From an uncultured Chthonomonadaceae bacterium (lineage in GTDB: Bacteria > Armatimonadota > Chthonomonadetes > Chthonomonadales > CAJBBX01), in contig CAZFLM010000002.1 in assembly GCA_964519955.1 (NCBI GenBank), forward strand, positions 8,822 to 72,821: DNA of 64,000 nt, in the 5' to 3' direction. The notes below the pieces were generated by a model, which did not search any database, had not been told where the DNA came from, and saw nothing but the letters and a program-made list of their open reading frames with translations. This document shows, piece by piece, positions 61,681 through 64,000 of the stretch. The position numbers and the translations under genes were made by a program. The stretch's first letter is position 1; each line of letters opens with the position of its first letter.

Positions 61681-62697
61681 ATGAAGAAGGTCGTGATCGC
61701 GGGCCCGCGCCGCGTCGAGTTGGTCGACGTGCCGGATCCCGTTGCGAAGGACAACTTCGTCGTCGTCAAGGTCCTGGCAGCCCCGATGTGCACGGAGTAC
61801 AAGGGCTTCGTCGCGGGCCATCCCTGGTCCATCTTGGGCCACGAAGCTGCCGGCGAGGTGGTCGAGGTCGCACGCCCGGGCCGGGTGAAGGTGGGCGACC
61901 GCGTCGTCGTGATGCCGCAGTACCCGTGCGGCACGTGCGAGCTGTGCGTGGCGGGCGACTACATCCACTGCGAGCGCTGCGTGGACGTGGCCGCCTTCAC
62001 CGGCTGCTCGGAGGGCACGGCGACCATGGCCCAGTACCTGGTGAAGCAGGACTGGCTGCTGCCCCGCATCCCCGACGAGGTCAGCATCGACCACGGCTCG
62101 CTGGCCTGCTGCGCGCTCGGCCCCTCGTACGGCGCGTTCGAGGCGATGGGGCTCTGCGCCAAGGACGCGGTGCTGATCGCGGGCGCCGGCCCCGTCGGCC
62201 TTGGAGCGGTCGTCAACGGGGTGTTCCGCGGCGCACGCGTGCTGGTGGCGGAGGGTAACGCGGCGCGGGCACAGCGGGCGTTGGAGCTGGGCGCGGAAGC
62301 TGTCGTCGATCCGAGCGCCGCGGACGTGGTTGCACAGCTCCGGGACCTCACCGATGGGCGAGGCGTCGACGCGGCGATCGACTGCGCGGGCTGCGTGCCG
62401 GCGGAGCGCCTCTGCATCGACGCGGCGAGGCGGAAGGGGCGCGTGGCGTACGTCGGGGAGTGCGGCGACGACCTGCCGATCCAGGTGAGCCCGGACCTCA
62501 TCCGCAAGGGGCTGACCATCCACGGCTCGTGGCACTACAACCTGCGCTACGCCGCCGAGATCCTGCGCCTCATCGAGCGCTCGCCGCTGCCGGCCCGGCT
62601 CATCAGCCACGTCTTCCCGATGTCCCGCGCCCAAGAGGCCTTCGAGGTATCCGCATCGGGCGAGGCGGCCAAGATCATCCTGCATCCCTGGGAGTAG
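61681..62697 (+). CDS. Zinc-dependent medium-chain alcohol/polyol dehydrogenase
   Basis: GHEAAGEVVEV (catalytic Zn), CGTCELCVAGDYIHC (structural Zn) and GAGPVGLG (Rossmann). GGAGGGTGG lies upstream. Confidence 0.9.
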   Translation: MKKVVIAGPRRVELVDVPDPVAKDNFVVVKVLAAPMCTEYKGFVAGHPWSILGHEAAGEVVEVARPGRVKVGDRVVVMPQYPCGTCELCVAGDYIHCERCVDVAAFTGCSEGTATMAQYLVKQDWLLPRIPDEVSIDHGSLACCALGPSYGAFEAMGLCAKDAVLIAGAGPVGLGAVVNGVFRGARVLVAEGNAARAQRALELGAEAVVDPSAADVVAQLRDLTDGRGVDAAIDCAGCVPAERLCIDAARRKGRVAYVGECGDDLPIQVSPDLIRKGLTIHGSWHYNLRYAAEILRLIERSPLPARLISHVFPMSRAQEAFEVSASGEAAKIILHPWE

Positions 62698-62717
62698 CGC
62701 CCGCCCTACCGAACCAC

Positions 62718-62747
62718 GAGAGGGGCGCGACGCACCGCGCCCCTCTC
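62718..62747 (+). terminator. Perfect 12-bp hairpin 21 nt after the dehydrogenase stop
   Basis: GAGAGGGGCGCG-acgcac-CGCGCCCCTCTC. The right arm is also the start of the 84-bp repeat. Confidence 0.65.
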
Positions 62748-62900
62748 TCACGCTCGTCCAGCCCGCGCAGGCGGGCTTCGTGCCTCTCGCAGGCGCGGTT
62801 TGAACCGCCGGCCGCACACCGCGCCCCTCTCTCACGCTCGTCCAGCCCGCGCAGGCGGGCTTCGTGCCTCTCGCAGGCGCGGTTTCAACCGCCGACCGCC
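62733..62900. repeat. Two tandem copies of an 84-bp unit, followed by heptamer microrepeats
   Basis: 62733-62816 and 62817-62896 differ at one position that I can see (TTTGAACC vs TTTCAACC). Each unit holds AGCCCGC-gcag-GCGGGCT and GCGGTT-tg-AACCGC. It is followed by (ACCGCCG)x3-4, then (ACCCGTC)x2-3 running into the 3' end of the next gene. Confidence 0.85.
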
Positions 62901-62922
62901 GACCGCCAACCGCCGGCACCCG

Positions 62923-64000
62923 TCACCCGTCACCCGCCGCCAGCAGGGCGGCCTCCTCCTCGTACCGCTCGAAGCACTCCAGCTCGTCGGCCTCGTCGAC
63001 GCAGAGGACGTCGAACTCCGGAGCGTGGCGCCAGTCCTTGATGCGCTCGCGACCGATCTGCCGCATCTCGTCCAGCGAGCCCGCGTCCCACATCACCTCG
63101 CCACCCGTCATCGCCAGGTAGCGGCCCCGGTGGCGCTCGACCAGCGCCGCGCGCCGCTCGCGGTAGGCGGCCACGCAGGCGAACCCGCGCCGGAGCTGAT
63201 CGTGGCGATCGGTGTTACCCGCGTAGCGGTGCACCTCGAACGGCGTCACGACGTCCTCGGGCCGCTCGCCGATAACCTCGATGCTGTCCGCGTCGAGCCG
63301 CTCTCCGCGAGCCGACGCGGTGAGCAGGAGCGGGTTCCGGCGATAGTGGAATGGGTAGTTCGGATAGTCGTCCAACGGGTCGAAGCCCATCACCCGCGCG
63401 CCGATGGCGTCCACCGAAAGCGCGTCGGTGCCCGCCAGCAGCACGCCCGGCTCGAGCGGCGTGCCGTGCCACTCGCTCTGGTTGGTCGCGACGATGCCGT
63501 CGACCACGTTGAGGCACGGGCGCAGCCGCGCGGCGAGGTCGGCGAGCACGCGTGGCAGCCGGATGAGCCGATCGTGGAGGTACAGCCTGGGGCTGCCGTA
63601 CACGCGCGGCGGCATCCACCCGAAGAGGTTCTTGATGCACAGCGTGAAGCCCATGCCGCTGTGCGCCTTCATCTTGGCCACCGACACGACCGCGTCGGCC
63701 TCGACCAGCTCCGGGCGCACCGAGTAGGCGCGGAACATCGGCCGCGCGTGCTCCATGGGCAGCGCCACCCACGGCTCGTCGCCAAAGTCGATGACGCGCA
63801 CGCGGCCGTACGGCTCCAGCCGCTCCCGCAGCCGCAGCTCCGCGTAGATGTGCTCCGCGTCGAAGTGCGTGGGCCCGTCGCCCAGCACGATCTCGGCGTC
63901 GGAGGCCATCCGGATTGCCCGGACGGCCCCCTCGACGACGGCGGGATCGGTCAGCTCGGCGTAGACGCCGGAGACGCGCCCGAAGCTGGCCACACCCGCG
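62923..64000 (-). CDS. DUF362 domain protein; N-terminus beyond the window edge
   Basis: VVSVAKMKAHSGMGFTLCIKNLFGWMP and NVVDGIVA are typical of DUF362. The frame stays open to position 64000, so the listed GTG start at 63993 is probably internal. Confidence 0.82.
   Translation of the reverse strand, partial: AGVASFGRVSGVYAELTDPAVVEGAVRAIRMASDAEIVLGDGPTHFDAEHIYAELRLRERLEPYGRVRVIDFGDEPWVALPMEHARPMFRAYSVRPELVEADAVVSVAKMKAHSGMGFTLCIKNLFGWMPPRVYGSPRLYLHDRLIRLPRVLADLAARLRPCLNVVDGIVATNQSEWHGTPLEPGVLLAGTDALSVDAIGARVMGFDPLDDYPNYPFHYRRNPLLLTASARGERLDADSIEVIGERPEDVVTPFEVHRYAGNTDRHDQLRRGFACVAAYRERRAALVERHRGRYLAMTGGEVMWDAGSLDEMRQIGRERIKDWRHAPEFDVLCVDEADELECFERYEEEAALLAAGDG

Noticed and set aside
62733-62900. 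CRISPR-like appearance of the 84-bp repeats (GC palindrome plus GTTTGAAC-like motif)
   Set aside because: The whole 84-bp period is duplicated, including what would be the spacer. There are only two copies and no cas genes in the window.

Overview
High-GC (by eye about two-thirds G+C) bacterial chromosomal segment, densely coding on both strands. I support about 55 protein genes and one tRNA-Pro(CGG). Housekeeping and central-metabolism genes (purB, glyQ, nadK, sucD, an MDH-like gene, a class II aldolase, murJ, anmK, tag, htrA, hcp) are interleaved with secreted carbohydrate-active enzymes: GH51-like, an acetyl-xylan-esterase-like hydrolase, GH16, GH36 with an NPCBM-like domain, a beta-propeller GH-like protein and a CE4-type deacetylase. 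There are also small accessory modules: a TetR plus Bcr-type MFS pair, a VapBC pair and a KGG stress protein. A prepilin-type/DUF1559-like protein, two proteins with copper-amine-oxidase-N-like 'stalk' domains and a Tat lipoprotein hint at an Armatimonadota/Planctomycetota-like lineage; this is inference only. Many long ORFs in the supplied track are antisense or out-of-frame shadows typical of high GC, and several real genes needed their starts trimmed. One real gene at the left edge (GH51-like, 1..2233 minus) is absent from the track. I found no CRISPR array, integrase, transposase or recognisable defence island. The unusual content is mostly non-coding or structural: (i) a 193-bp tandem array of two alternating perfect hairpin modules (17690-18161); (ii) several other families of structured repeats sitting just 3' of genes; (iii) a TetR-MFS cassette bracketed by 138-bp direct repeats that duplicate the 5' end and promoter of the neighbouring esterase gene; (iv) an RraB-like gene interrupted by one in-frame TAG; (v) a class V aminotransferase whose conserved N-terminus has no canonical start codon; (vi) promoters placed so close to the ATG that the mRNAs would be leaderless. 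I cannot name a single clear-cut novel multi-gene system; the ranked candidates are under findings.
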